NCBI GenBank assembly: GCA_964016885.1
Contig: OZ024742.1
Span: forward strand, 339,822,001-339,886,000
Length of the DNA: 64,000 nt
Direction of reading: 5' to 3'
Source: Eledone cirrhosa
Taxonomy: Eukaryota
The notes under the pieces were generated by a model. That model was given only the letters and a program-made list of their open reading frames with translations, made no database searches and was not told where the DNA came from. Made by a program: the position numbers and the translations under genes. Below are positions 50,447-64,000 of the stretch, piece by piece; positions within the stretch are counted from its first letter, which is position 1; the number at the start of each line of letters is the position of its first letter.

Positions 50447-50745
50447 CTTCAAAATATTAATAAATATAGACATTCATGTGATCAAATATATTTTATTATA
50501 CATATTTCAGAGGTACTGAGCTATTTCAACAGTACGTCCTCATCAGATAAAATAAGTTGATGCCTGACATACCTTGACTATGCTGATGGTTATAATTCGG
50601 TCACATAGTCAAGGTATGTCAGGCATCAACTTATTTTATCTGATGAGGACGTACTGTTGAAATAGCTCAGTACCTCTGAAATATGTATAATAAAATATAT
50701 TTGATCACATGAATGTCTATATTTATTAATATTTTGAAGTAATAT
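50441..50745. repeat. 142-bp-arm palindrome containing HHRs on both strands
   Basis: Arms at 50441-50582 and 50604-50745, 21-nt spacer. Confidence 0.93.
50632..50697 (+). ncRNA. Type I hammerhead ribozyme (mirror copy on - strand at 50489-50554)
   Basis: Stem I UAUUUUAU/AUAAAAUA, CUGAUGA, stem II GGA-c-GUACUG/CAGUAC-c-UCU, GAAA, stem III AUA(UG)UAU, AUA triplet. Confidence 0.75.
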
Positions 50746-50922
50746 TAATAACTCCAGATAACCTTCTTGTAGAGTGCTTCTAATCTATTGTGAAATTTTA
50801 TTCATTGATTAATTCATTGAACCTTGTTAAACTTTTAATCATATTAAATATCTATATAATAGGTTTCCCTTAAAAAAATTGTTTTGTTTCCGTTCGTTGT
50901 CTTCTCCTTTCTTTCTTAATTT

Positions 50923-51011
<89 letters not shown>

Positions 51012-51064
51012 ATACATATATATATATATATGTGTGTATATATATACACACACTCACATACACA

Positions 51065-51106
<42 letters not shown>

Positions 51107-51234
51107 AAGTTATATTTAAAATTGTTGGGTTACAACTAGTAAATATTTATAACTGATATAAAAGCACTCGACAAATATTTGGAGTATATTTACAATATTA
51201 AATAAATGGAAAACTATATTTATAAAACCATATT

Positions 51235-51300
51235 TATTTCATTATATATATTTCGGGGATATCATATTAACAATATGCTATGCCTTCATCAGACAAAATA
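51235..51300 (-). ncRNA. Degenerate type I hammerhead ribozyme
   Basis: Reverse complement reads UAUUUUGU-CUGAUGA-AGGCAUAGCAUAUU(GUU)AAUAUGAUAUCCCC-GAAA-UAUAUAUA-AUGAAAUA. Confidence 0.6.
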
Positions 51301-51391
51301 CAATATAAACAGTTTTATAGATAAATATATTCGACATACCGTAATAAACATCAACTTCATTTGAAGAGGTTTACTCTAGCAGCAATATTTA

Positions 51392-51457
<66 letters not shown>

Positions 51458-51461
<4 letters not shown>

Positions 51462-52311
51462 GACGTAAAACAAGAAAATTTTAAAAATTAAAAATCAACT
51501 TACTTACTAAAATTTTCACTCCAACTAATTAGTTTCTGTAAGGGGATAAATATAGTTACATAATATAACTATAGAGAATTCCTTACGTCATCAGGGAGTC
51601 TATTCTCAGCTAAGTTCCCAGGCGATGCGCGGACACTAGGAACCCATATAAAAATAATAATTCAGTGGATGGTATAAAGCTAGCGAGGACTAAATTCCAG
51701 AGCACTGAAAAAATTCACTATCTCTGGTCAGTGGCAGATTCTAAAGAATCAATCACGTGACACTGAGGTTAATTAGTTAGGAGCGGGGTGGTATTATGAC
51801 AAGAGCCTACTACTACCATGAATCAGCAGTAAATTTTGGCAAGTTTTGCTCAACAAATAATTTGGAGTTAAATATAGAGAATTAGTACATCTACCAACAT
51901 ATGTGTACAGATGTTCACCTATGCTAGCAAATATATATGTTGTCTTAGTACCTTTGTGGTTCTATGCAGGGGGATGCAGAACAATTATATGAAAGACGTA
52001 AAATAAGAAAATTTAAAAAATTAAAAATCAACTTACTTACTAAAATTTTCACTCCAACTAATTAGTTTCTGTAAGGGGATAAATATAATTACATAATATA
52101 ACTATAGAGAATTCCTTACAGAAACTAATTATTTGGAGTGAAAATTTTAGTAAGTTGATTTTTAATTTTTAAAATTTTCTTATTTTACGTCTTTCATATA
52201 ATTGTTCTGCATCCCCCTGCATAGAACCACAAAGGTACTAAGACATAACATATATATTTGCTAGCATAGGTGAACATCTGTACACATATGTTGGTAGATG
52301 TACTAATTCTC
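51458..52311 (-). mobile_element. PLE-derived non-coding element: 533-bp-period direct repeat + ~200-bp-arm palindrome
   Basis: gaaagacgtaaaa.. occurs at 51458 and 51991. Palindrome arms lie at 51877-52076 and 52114-52311, and the element is flanked by (TA)n. Confidence 0.85.
51518..51599 (-). ncRNA. Type I hammerhead ribozyme
   Basis: Reverse complement reads ACUCC-CUGAUGA-c-GUAAGG..CCUUAC-a-GAAA-CUAAUUAG-UU-GGAGU. Stem III is palindromic and there is a C-A mismatch at the base of stem II. Confidence 0.7.
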
Positions 52312-52749
52312 CCTATATATATATATATATATATGTATAATACATACAGACACACACACATATATATATACGTTTATATTCATATATTTATATATGAATA
52401 TATATATATATTTATATATATATTTCTGTGCCTCTCTTGCTTTTGTTTCTCAGTTATAAAGAGCATTATATACTAGACCGAGTCTGCCAGCGCTTACCAG
52501 CTCTACACGGACATTAAAACTGCATAATTAAATAAATAAGTAAATAACTAAAATATTAGTCAACACACCTACTTGCGGTATTCCGTGTTGTAGAGACGCC
52601 ATGGCCGGCGGCTTGACAAATAACATTACAAGACGTCCCTCGTTGCCTGCTGACGATTTCCATTGGACAATCAACGGCATAGAAGCCGTTAACTACAGCT
52701 AGAAGGTATTACCATTAACACTTAATGATGGACAAACCTGCTAGTTGGA

Positions 52750-53820
<1,071 letters not shown>

Positions 53821-54021
53821 ATCCGTATGTAGCTGACGACAGAGAGAAGAGAATACTCAATACCGAAGTATAATTTTAATATTCATTTTACTAAGAGTGA
53901 GCCTTGTTACTGTTTAGCATGTGTTTATGAGCGGGTCGTCAGACAAGAACAGTTCCTATCTGACGACCCTCTTATAAACAGATGAAACTCCGAACTAACA
54001 AGACTCAGTACTTAACCTTGA

Positions 54022-54192
54022 TAATAAGTGTTTCTACTTTTGGCACAAGGCCGGCAATTACACCGTACATTACTGGTACTTCATTTTATCGACCCCGTAA
54101 GGATGAAAGGCAAATTTGACCTCGGCGGGATTTGAACTCAGATTGTAAAGGGCCGTAACACGGTGGAAAGCATGTCCGACCCTCTACCGATA
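54022..54192 (-). mobile_element. tRNA-derived SINE (same family as 28441+)
   Basis: tttctacttttggcacaaggcc..actggtact..ttttatcgaccccgtaaggatgaaaggcaaa..gatttgaactcag. Confidence 0.9.
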
Positions 54193-54204
54193 AATAATAA
54201 TAAT

Positions 54205-54253
<49 letters not shown>

Positions 54254-54569
54254 GAAAGATAAAAGTGTGTTAGAAAGTCATACAATGCATGTGTATGTAT
54301 GTATGTGTGTGTGTATGTAGGTATTTATATATGTATGTATGTATGCAGGCATGCTTGCATACATACATATATCCATACATAGATACTTACATACTTACAC
54401 ACACACATATATACATACCTATATAGACACATGCATACACACATACATACATACATATACACATACATACATACATAGATACATATATACATTCATACAT
54501 ACACACATACACACATACATACACACATGTATATATACTACCTACATACATAGATACAGGTACAGATAC

Positions 54570-54838
54570 AAACACACAAACACACAGACACTTAAACACA
54601 CATAAACACTCACAAACAAAGAAACACACAAACACACAGACACTTAAACACACATAAACACTCACAAACAAAGAAACACACAAACACACAGACACTTAAA
54701 CACACATAAACACTCACAAACAAAGAAACACACAAACACACAGACACTAAAACACACATAAACACTCACAAACAAAGAAACACACAAACACACAGACACT
54801 TAAACACACATAAACACTCACAAAGAAACACACAAACA
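54570..54838. repeat. 52-bp tandem repeat, ~5 copies
   Basis: aaacactcacaaacaaagaaac recurs at 54604, 54656, 54708 and 54760. Confidence 0.9.
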
Positions 54839-55740
54839 ACATATATTATAATACATTGACAAATATTATTAAATCATCCAATAGTTTATTAAATACTTTA
54901 AAATATATTAATGTTAAATATTCATTGATTGTTAAATACAAACGAAGGACATCATAGATAGTATTATATTACACTATATTATGCATAATATATATTGTAT
55001 ATAAATATTTATAAATATTGTATATGTGTGTATGATTCTACGTATGCCTGTATGTTATATATATGCGTGAAAATATGTAGGTATGTATATATGTGCATAT
55101 GTTTGTATGTATTTATCTTTGTATGTAGGCCATGGAGGTGCGTGGCCTTGTGGTAAGAGTGTTGGACCTAAAGATTATAATGTTTAAAATAATCACATAG
55201 GAACATTTGTCTTGACTAAATCCTATTGTTTTTCTTCTTTACTGGATAAACGTTCTTCGTTGATGTGTTTAATATGTTTTTTCAGATCGTTTGATCCCGG
55301 AGAAACTGCCCGACTCTTAATGTAGCTGATATCTGACTGACTTGCAGTTCTCTCTCGCTTCACAATCATACAGTGGCAGCCCTATATTTTGGATTTCTAA
55401 GGTCTGAACTCTTTCTGAGATGCTTCCATGATTAAACAACCTACAGCTTAAACATCATAAATTTCATTGCAGGTCGGCACGAGCAACCATGTCAGTTCAT
55501 TTACCTTGATCCACAGTTCATCTTGATCCACACTCATAGAATGACATAATCAAGTCAAGGCTTTTCATTCATATTTGTGGGGCATATACTTTCAAAATGT
55601 CGGATACTGGAGAAATTGCCAGGGCGTTAATTGAAATGAGGTTTGTCTGATTTAGAGATCTCCATCCAACGATCCAACCAGCCAGTCAGCCAGTCAGCCA
55701 GTCAGCCAGTCAGCCAGCTATGCTGACTGGCTGACTGGCA

Positions 55741-56636
55741 ACCGGTGTGGGCACCGTTTGTGAGACAGGCTTTCCCACAGCTCGTCTCGCTAACGGAGCT
55801 GCAGTCCTGGGTGAAGAAAAGACCGAAAACGATGGGCGCCTGGCACATTGAATGCGCTCAGGCGCTCACAGTCCTCTGGCAAGCGGGCGCAGCAATCAGT
55901 GGAGACTCCACTTCGACATTCTATAGAGGGATTGTACGTTACAAGGGCGACGACGTGCTCGGAGAGACTCTGGGCGTCGAAGACGATGAGCTCACCAGTA
56001 TGTTTGGTAGGACTTTCCGCCCGGGACCTATGGACAACTTCCAGAGGTCCCTGGCCTGGCAGTGCTACCGAGGAGCTCTACCGGTTCGTGACAAGATCTA
56101 CAGGCACGGACGCCCTGGCAGGGATCCTTCCAAGAGGACGTGTCCAAGATGTGCGCAGGACGTTGAAACAGTTCTGCACGCAATTGTACACTGCCCGGGC
56201 GTAAGCGACCTGTGGAACTATGCAGAACAACTGCTGTCGCGTATGGGACAAATACAGTTGACTGCCGAGTCCATAGTAAGGATCAAACCGCCAGACTCTT
56301 TCAAAAACGAAAGAGAGGCGGTTTTCCTCTGTATGGTGGCTATGGTGAAAGAAGTTATATGGTGGACGAGGTTGAGAGGACTGAGGACAGATGCCTTTCT
56401 CTCCGGACAACAATTGATTCCATTCTTTAAGTATCACTTTAGAAGGAGAATCAGGGTGGAGAGAGAGGCACTGCACCCCAGTAAATTTACTGAAAGGTGG
56501 GTGAATGAAGCGAAAATGGCCCGAGTGATTGGGCCTTCTCTGTTTATAAGCCTGTAGGTTGAGGAAGAGAGCAAAAGGAAGAAAGGAGCACTTGCACAAC
56601 ACGCTCCTTGAGTTGAGGGTTGTTCTAGCCACCCCA
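55741..56636 (+). mobile_element. 5'-truncated Tx1 LINE: open ORF2 C-terminus (zinc finger) + start of 3' UTR
   Basis: ORF 55745-56557: LAWQCYRGALPV..CPRCAQDVETVLHAIVHC..LW (CX2C-X7-H-X4-C, zf-RVT-like). Confidence 0.9.
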
Positions 56637-59600
56637 CCATCCATCCAGCCAACCATCCATCCAGCCAGTCAGCTAGCCAACCATCCAGCCAACCATCCAG
56701 CCAATCCAGCCAGTCATCCAGCCAACCATCCAACCAACCAACCATCAAGCCAACCAACCATCTAATTAACCAACCATCCAGCCAGCCAACCAGCCATCCA
56801 GCCAGCCAACCAGCCACCCATCCAGCCAGCCAAGCATCCAGCCAACCAACCACCCAGCCAGCCAGCCAAGCATCCAGCCAACCAACCACCCATCCAGCCA
56901 GCCATACATCCAGCCAACCAACCACCCATCCAGCCAGCCAACCAACCATCCATCCAACCTACCACCCATCCAGCCAGCCAAGCATCCAGCCAACCAGCCA
57001 ACCAAGCATCCATCCAACCCACCAGCCAACCAGCCAACCAACCACCTAACCAACCAACCAACCAACCAACCAGCCAACCAAACAACCATCCAGCCAGCCA
57101 AACCACCAGCCAACCAACCATCCAACCAATCAGCCAACCAACCAACCAACCGTCCACCATCCAGCCAACCAACCAACAAACCAGCCAACCAACCACCCAA
57201 CCACCCAACTAGCCAACCAACCAACCACCCAACCAGCCAACCAACCAACTAAACAACCAGCCAACCAACCAACCACCCAGCCAGCCAACCACCTAACCAA
57301 ACAGCCAACCAACCAACCATCCATCCATCCAGCCAACCTACCAGTAAACCAGCCAGCCAAACACCTAACCAGCCAACCCACTATCCAACCAGCCAACCAA
57401 CCAACCATCCAACCAACCAGCCAGCCAACCACCTAACCAACCAGCCAACCAACCAACCAACCAACCATCCAGCCAACCCACTAGCCAGCCAACCACCTAA
57501 CCAGGCAACCAACCAGCCAACCAACCAACCATCCAGTCAGCCAACCACCTAACCAACCAACCAGCCAACCAACCAACCAGCCAACCAACCAACCAACCAC
57601 CAGCCAGCCAACCACCTAACCAACCAACCAACAAACCAGCCAACCAACCAACCATCCAGCCAGCCAACCACCTAACCAACCAACCAAGCAACCAGCCAAC
57701 CAACCAACCAGCCAACCAACCAACCAACCAACCAAACAACCATCCAGCCAACCAACCAGCCAACCACCTAACCAACCAACCATCCAACCAGCCAACCACC
57801 TAACCAACCAACCAACCAACCAACCAACCAACCAGCCAGCCAGCCAACCACCTACCCAACCAACCAACCAACCAACCATCCATCCAGCTAACCACCTAAC
57901 CAACCAACCAACCAACCAACCAGCCAGCCAACCACCTAACCAACCAACCAACCAACCAATCATCCAGCCAACCAGCCAACCAACCAACCAACCAACCAAA
58001 CAACCATCCAGCCAGCCAACCACCTAACCAACCAACCAACCAACCAACCAACCAACCAACCAGCCAACCACCTAACCAACCAACCAACCAACCAATCATC
58101 CAGCCAGCCAACCACCTAACCAACCAACCAACCAACCAACCAACCAACCAACCAGCCAGCCAACCACCTAACCAACCAACCAACCAACCAATCATCCAGC
58201 CAGCCAACCACCTAACCAACCAACCAACCAACCAGCCAGCCAACCACCTAACCAACCAACCAACCAACCAACCAACCAACCAACCAACCATCCAACCAGC
58301 CAACCACCTAACCAACCAACCAACCAACCATCCAACCAGCCAACCACCTAACCAACCAACCAACCAACCAACCAACCAACCAACCAACCAACCAACCAGC
58401 CAGCCAACCACCTACCCAACCAACCAACCAACCAACCATCCAGCCAGCTAACCACCTAACCAACCAACCAACCAACCAACCAGCCAGCCAACCACCTAAC
58501 CAACCAACCAACCAATCATCCAGCCAGCCAACCACCTAACCAACCAACCAACCAACCAACCAACCAGCCAGCCAACCACCTAACCAACCAACAAACCAAC
58601 CAACCAACCAGCCAGCCAACCACCTAACCAACCAACCAACCAACCAACCAACCAACCAACCAACCAACCAACCAACCATCCAACCAGCCAACCACCTAAC
58701 CAACCAACCAACCAACCAACCATCCAACCAGCCGACCACCTAACCAACCAACCAACCAACCAACCAACCAACCAACCAACCAACCAACCAACCAACCAGC
58801 CAGCCAACCACCTACCCAACCAACCAACCAACCAACCATCCAGCCAGCTAACCACCTAACCAACCAACCAACCAACCAACCAGCCAACCACCTAACCAAC
58901 CAACCAACCAATCATCCAGCCAGCCAACCACCTAACCAACCAACCAACCAACCAACCAACCAGCCAGCCAACCACCTAACCAACCAACAAACCAACCAAC
59001 CATACAGCCAGCCAACCACCCAACCAACCAGCCAACCACCCAACCAACCAACCAACCAACCAGCCAGCTAACCACCTAACCAACCAACCAACCAACCAAC
59101 CATACAGCCAGCCAACCACCCAACCAACCAGCCAACCACCCAACCAACCAACCAACCAGCCAGCCAACCACCTAACCAACCAACAAACCAACCAACCATA
59201 CAGCCAGCCAACCACCCAACCAACCAGCCAACCACCCAACCAACCAACCAACCATCCAGCCAGCTAACCACCTAACCAACCAACCAACCAACCATCCAGC
59301 CAGCCAACCACCTAACCAACCAACCAAGCAACCAGCCAACCAAGCTACCAGCCAACCAACCAACCAACCAACCATCCAGCCAACCAACCAGCCAACCACC
59401 TAACCAACCAACCATCCAACCAGCCAACCACCTAACCAACCAACCAACCAACCAACCAACCAACCAACCAGCCAGCCAACCACCTACCCAACCAACCAAC
59501 CAACCAACCATCCATCCAGCTAACCACCTAACCAACCAACCAACCAACCAACCAACCAACCAGCCAGCCAACCACCTAACCAACCAACCAACCAACCAAT

Positions 59601-62600
59601 CATCCAGCCAGCCAACCACCTAACCAACCAACCAACCAATCATCCAGCCAGCCAACCACCTAACCAACCAACCAACCAACCAACCAACCAACCAACCAGC
59701 CAACCACCTAACCAACCAACCAACCAACCAATCATCCAGCCAGCCAACCACCTAACCAACCAACCAACCAACCAACCAACCAACCAACCAACCAGCCAGC
59801 CAACCACCTAACCAACCAACCAACCAACCAACCAACCAACCAACCAACCAACCAACCAGCCAGCCAACCACCTAACCAACCAACCAACCAACCAACCAAT
59901 CATCCAGCCAGCCAACCACCTAACCAACCAACCAACCAACCAACCAACCAACCAGCCAACCACCTAACCAACCAACCAACCAACCAATCATCCAGCCAGC
60001 CAACCACCTAACCACCTAACCAACCAACCAACCAATCATCCAGCCAGCCAACCACCTAACCAACCAACCAACCAACCAACCAACCAACCAACCAGCCAGC
60101 CAACCACCTAACCAACCAACCAACCAACCAACCAATCACCAGCCAGCCAACCACCTAACCAACCAACCAACCAACCAACCAGCCAGCCAACCACCTAACC
60201 AACCAACCAACCAACCAACCAACCAACCAACCAACCAACCAACCATCCAACCAGCCAACCACCTAACCAACCAACCAACCAACCAACCATCCAACCAGCC
60301 AACCACCTAACCAACCAACCAACCAACCAACCAACCAACCAACCAACCAACCAACCAGCCAGCCAACCACCTACCCAACCAACCAACCAACCAACCAACC
60401 ATCCAGCCAGCTAACCACCTAACCAACCAACCAACCAACCAACCAGCCAGCCAACCACCTAACCAACCAACCAACCAATCATCCAGCCAGCCAACCACCT
60501 AACCAACCAACCAACCAACCAGCCAGCCAACCACCTAACCAACCAACCAACCAACCAACCAACCAGCCAGCCAACCACCTAACCAACCAACCAACCAACC
60601 AACCAACCAACCAACCATCCAACCAGCCAACCACCTAACCAACCAACCAACCAACCAACCATCCAACCAGCCAACCACCTAACCAACCAACCAACCAACC
60701 AACCAACCAACCAACCAACCAACCAGCCAGCCAACCACCTACCCAACCAACCAACCAACCAACCATCCAGCCAGCTAACCACCTAACCAACCAACCAACC
60801 AACCAACCAGCCAGCCAACCACCTAACCAACCAACCAACCAATCATCCAGCCAGCCAACCACCTAACCAACCAACCAACCAACCAACCAACCAACCAACC
60901 AGCCAGCCAACCACCTAACCAACCAACAAACCAACCAACCATACAGCCAGCCAACCACCCAACCAACCAGCCAACCACCCAACCAACCAACCAACCAACC
61001 AGCCAGCTAACCACCTAACCAACCAACCAACCAACCAACCATACAGCCAGCCAACCACCCAACCAGCCAACCACCCAACCAACCAACCAACCAGCCAGCT
61101 AACCACCTAACCAACCAACCAACCAACCATACAGCCAGCCAACCACCCAACCAACCAGCCAACCACCCAACCAACCAACCAACCAACCAGCCAGCCAACC
61201 ACCTAACCAACCAACAAACCAACCAACCATACAGCCAGCCAACCACCCAACCAACCAGCCAACCACCCAACCAACCAACCAACCATCCAGCCAGCTAACC
61301 ACCTAACCAACCAACCAACCAACCAACCAGCCAGCCAACCACCTAACCAACCAACCAACCAATCATCCAGCCAGCCAACCACCTAACCAACCAACCAACC
61401 AACCAACCAACCAGCCAGCCAACCACCTAACCAACCAACAAACCAACCAACCATACAGCCAGCCAACCACCCAACCAACCAGCCAACCACCCAACCAACC
61501 AGCCAACCAACCATCCATCAAGCCAGCCAACCACCTAACCAACCAACCAACCAACCATACAGCCAGCCAACCACCCAACCAACCAACCAACCAATCAACC
61601 AGCCAACCAACCATCCAGCCAGCCAACCACCTAACCATCCAGCCAGCAAACCACCCAACCAACCTACCAACCAACCAACCAACCAACCAACCAGCCAACC
61701 AACCAACCAGCCAACCAACCATCCAAATAGCCAACCACCCAACCAACCATCCAGCCAGCCAACCACCCAACCAACCATCCAGCCAGCCAACCACCCAACC
61801 ATCCAACCAGCCAACCACCTAACCAACCAACCAACCAACCACCAGCCAGCCAACCACCTAACCAACCAACCAACCAACCACCAGCCAGCCAACCACCTAA
61901 CCAACCAACCAACCAACCACCTAACCAACCAACCAACCAACCAACCAACCACCTAACCAACCAACCAACCAACCAACCAACCAACCAACCAGCCAACCAC
62001 CAGCCAGCCAACCACCTAACCAACCAACTAACCAACCAACCAACCAACCACCTAACCAACCAACCAACCAACCAACCAACCAACCAGCCAGCCAACCACC
62101 AGCCAGCCAACCACCTAACCAACCAACCAACCAACCAACCAACCAACCAACCAACCAACCAACCACCTAACCAACCAACCAACCAACCAACCAACCAACC
62201 AACCAGCCAGCCAACCACCAGCCAGCCAACCACCTAACCAACCAACCAACCAACCAACCAACCAACCAACCAACCAACCAACCAACCAACCAACCAGCCA
62301 GTCAACCACCAGCCAGCCAACCACCTAACCAACCAACCAACCAACCAACCAACCAACCAACCAACCAACCAACCAACCAACCAGCCAGCCAACCACCAGC
62401 CAGCCAACCACCTAACCAACCAACCAGCCAGCCAACCACCTAACCAACCAACCAACCAACCAACCAACCAACCAACCAACCAGCCAGCCAACCACCAGCC
62501 AGCCAACCACCTAACCAACCAACCAACCAACCAACCAACCAACCAACCAACCAACCAACCAACCACCTAACCAACCAACCAACCAACCAACCAACCAACC

Positions 62601-62830
62601 AACCAACCAACCAGCCAGTCAACCACCAGCCAGCCAACCACCTAACCAACCAACCAACCAACCAACCAACCAACCAACCAACCAACCAACCAACCAACCA
62701 ACCAACCAACCAACCAACCAACCAACCAACCAACCACCAGCCAGCCAACAACCCAACCAACCAACCAACCAACCAACCAACCAACCAACCAACCAACCAA
62801 CCAACCAACCAGACAACCAGCCAACCAACA
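56637..62830. repeat. ~6.2-kb (CCAA/CCAG/CCAT)n array punctuated by CCACCTAA
   Basis: Seen directly; all GWLV-type ORFs here are artefacts. Confidence 0.97.
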
Positions 62831-63004
62831 ATCCTTCCATCCCTCCATGCCTCCCTCTCTCCCTCCCTTCATCCATCTAACCACCCACCTAACCATACTT
62901 CTCCCCTACCCACCTAACTGTCACGTGTCCCTCAATCCCGGTATATACACTTCTATACGTCCCTACATATAATCATCAATACATCTATATAGGCATCGTT
63001 TGAT

Positions 63005-63262
63005 CTAAATATATTTCTCTCTATCTGATATATGTGTATATCCATTACACATACACATAAACACACATATATAGATAGGCATATATATACATACATACAT
63101 AGAAACATATATACATATATACATATATATATATATACATAGAAACATATATACATATATACATATATATATATTTCTAAATATATATATTTCTAAATAC
63201 ATATATACATATATATATATTTCTAAATATATTTCTCTGTATCTCATATAGATTTGCATCCA

Positions 63263-63330
<68 letters not shown>

Positions 63331-63641
63331 GCGCACACAGGCACATGCATGTGCACAGACGAACAGACACACACCCAGGCACACACTCGGGCACACACAC
63401 TCGCTCTCTCTCTCTCACACACACACACACACAGGCACACACAGGCACACACAGGCACATACATGTACATAGGCGAACAGACAAACACAAAGGCACACCC
63501 GGGCACACACAGGCACACACACTCGCTCTCTCTCTCTCACAAACACACACGCACAGGCACACCCGGGCACACACAGGCACACACACTCGCTCTCTCTCTC
63601 ACACACACACACACCCGGGCACATACAGTCACACACACTCG

Positions 63642-63674
<33 letters not shown>

Positions 63675-63848
63675 CCGGGCACATACAGGCACACACACTC
63701 GCTCTCTCTCTCACAAACACACACACATAATGATCAAAATAAATCTAATATAACATTGTGTCCATTAATTAAATATCTCTCATTCACTTACAACAAATTG
63801 CATTTTGATGAATTTGTAACTGCAGCAAACATATTTGATTATAGGGTT

Positions 63849-63945
<97 letters not shown>

Positions 63946-64000
63946 CATACATATATATATATACATACATACATACATACATGTATATACATACATACAT
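63005..64000. repeat. Mixed (TA)n/(CA)n/(CT)n microsatellites and short CACAGG-type repeats
   Basis: Seen directly. Confidence 0.9.

Noticed and set aside
53885-54015. Hammerhead at CTGACGA..GAAAC
   Set aside because: There is no convincing stem I or II; it is explained as an imperfect inverted repeat.
56637-62830. Telomeric or interstitial telomeric repeat (CCTAA motifs)
   Set aside because: CCTAA occurs only as scattered interruptions in a CCAA array, with no tandem TTAGG or TTAGGG.

Overview
This 64-kb window is eukaryotic, AT-rich and saturated with repeats. The SINE families and microsatellite density suggest a coleoid cephalopod (Octopus-like) genome, which is an inference. I found no confidently identifiable host gene, and most ORFs in the track are translations of simple repeats. 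Real coding remnants are all transposable elements: an L1/Tx1 LINE (ORF1 plus a truncated ORF2, and two separate 3' fragments), an RTE LINE split into two oppositely oriented halves, a CR1 3' end, an R4/Dong-type RT, Penelope-like (PLE) RT-thumb/GIY-YIG pieces, and Helitrons including a tandem pair lacking Rep. There are many tRNA-derived SINEs, a ~9.2-kb 44/45-bp minisatellite and a ~6.2-kb (CCAA/CCAG)n array. The most interesting signal is non-coding: several sequence-unrelated small elements carry type I hammerhead ribozyme (HHR) folds, which I paired by eye. One is a retrozyme-like element with two HHRs ~532 nt apart and an unusual 26-bp G-U-rich helix extending stem III. Others are large fold-back palindromes, one turning exactly at a ribozyme stem II. 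A candidate 34-nt intron could fuse Tx1 ORF1 in frame to ORF2. None of the folds or family assignments were checked computationally.
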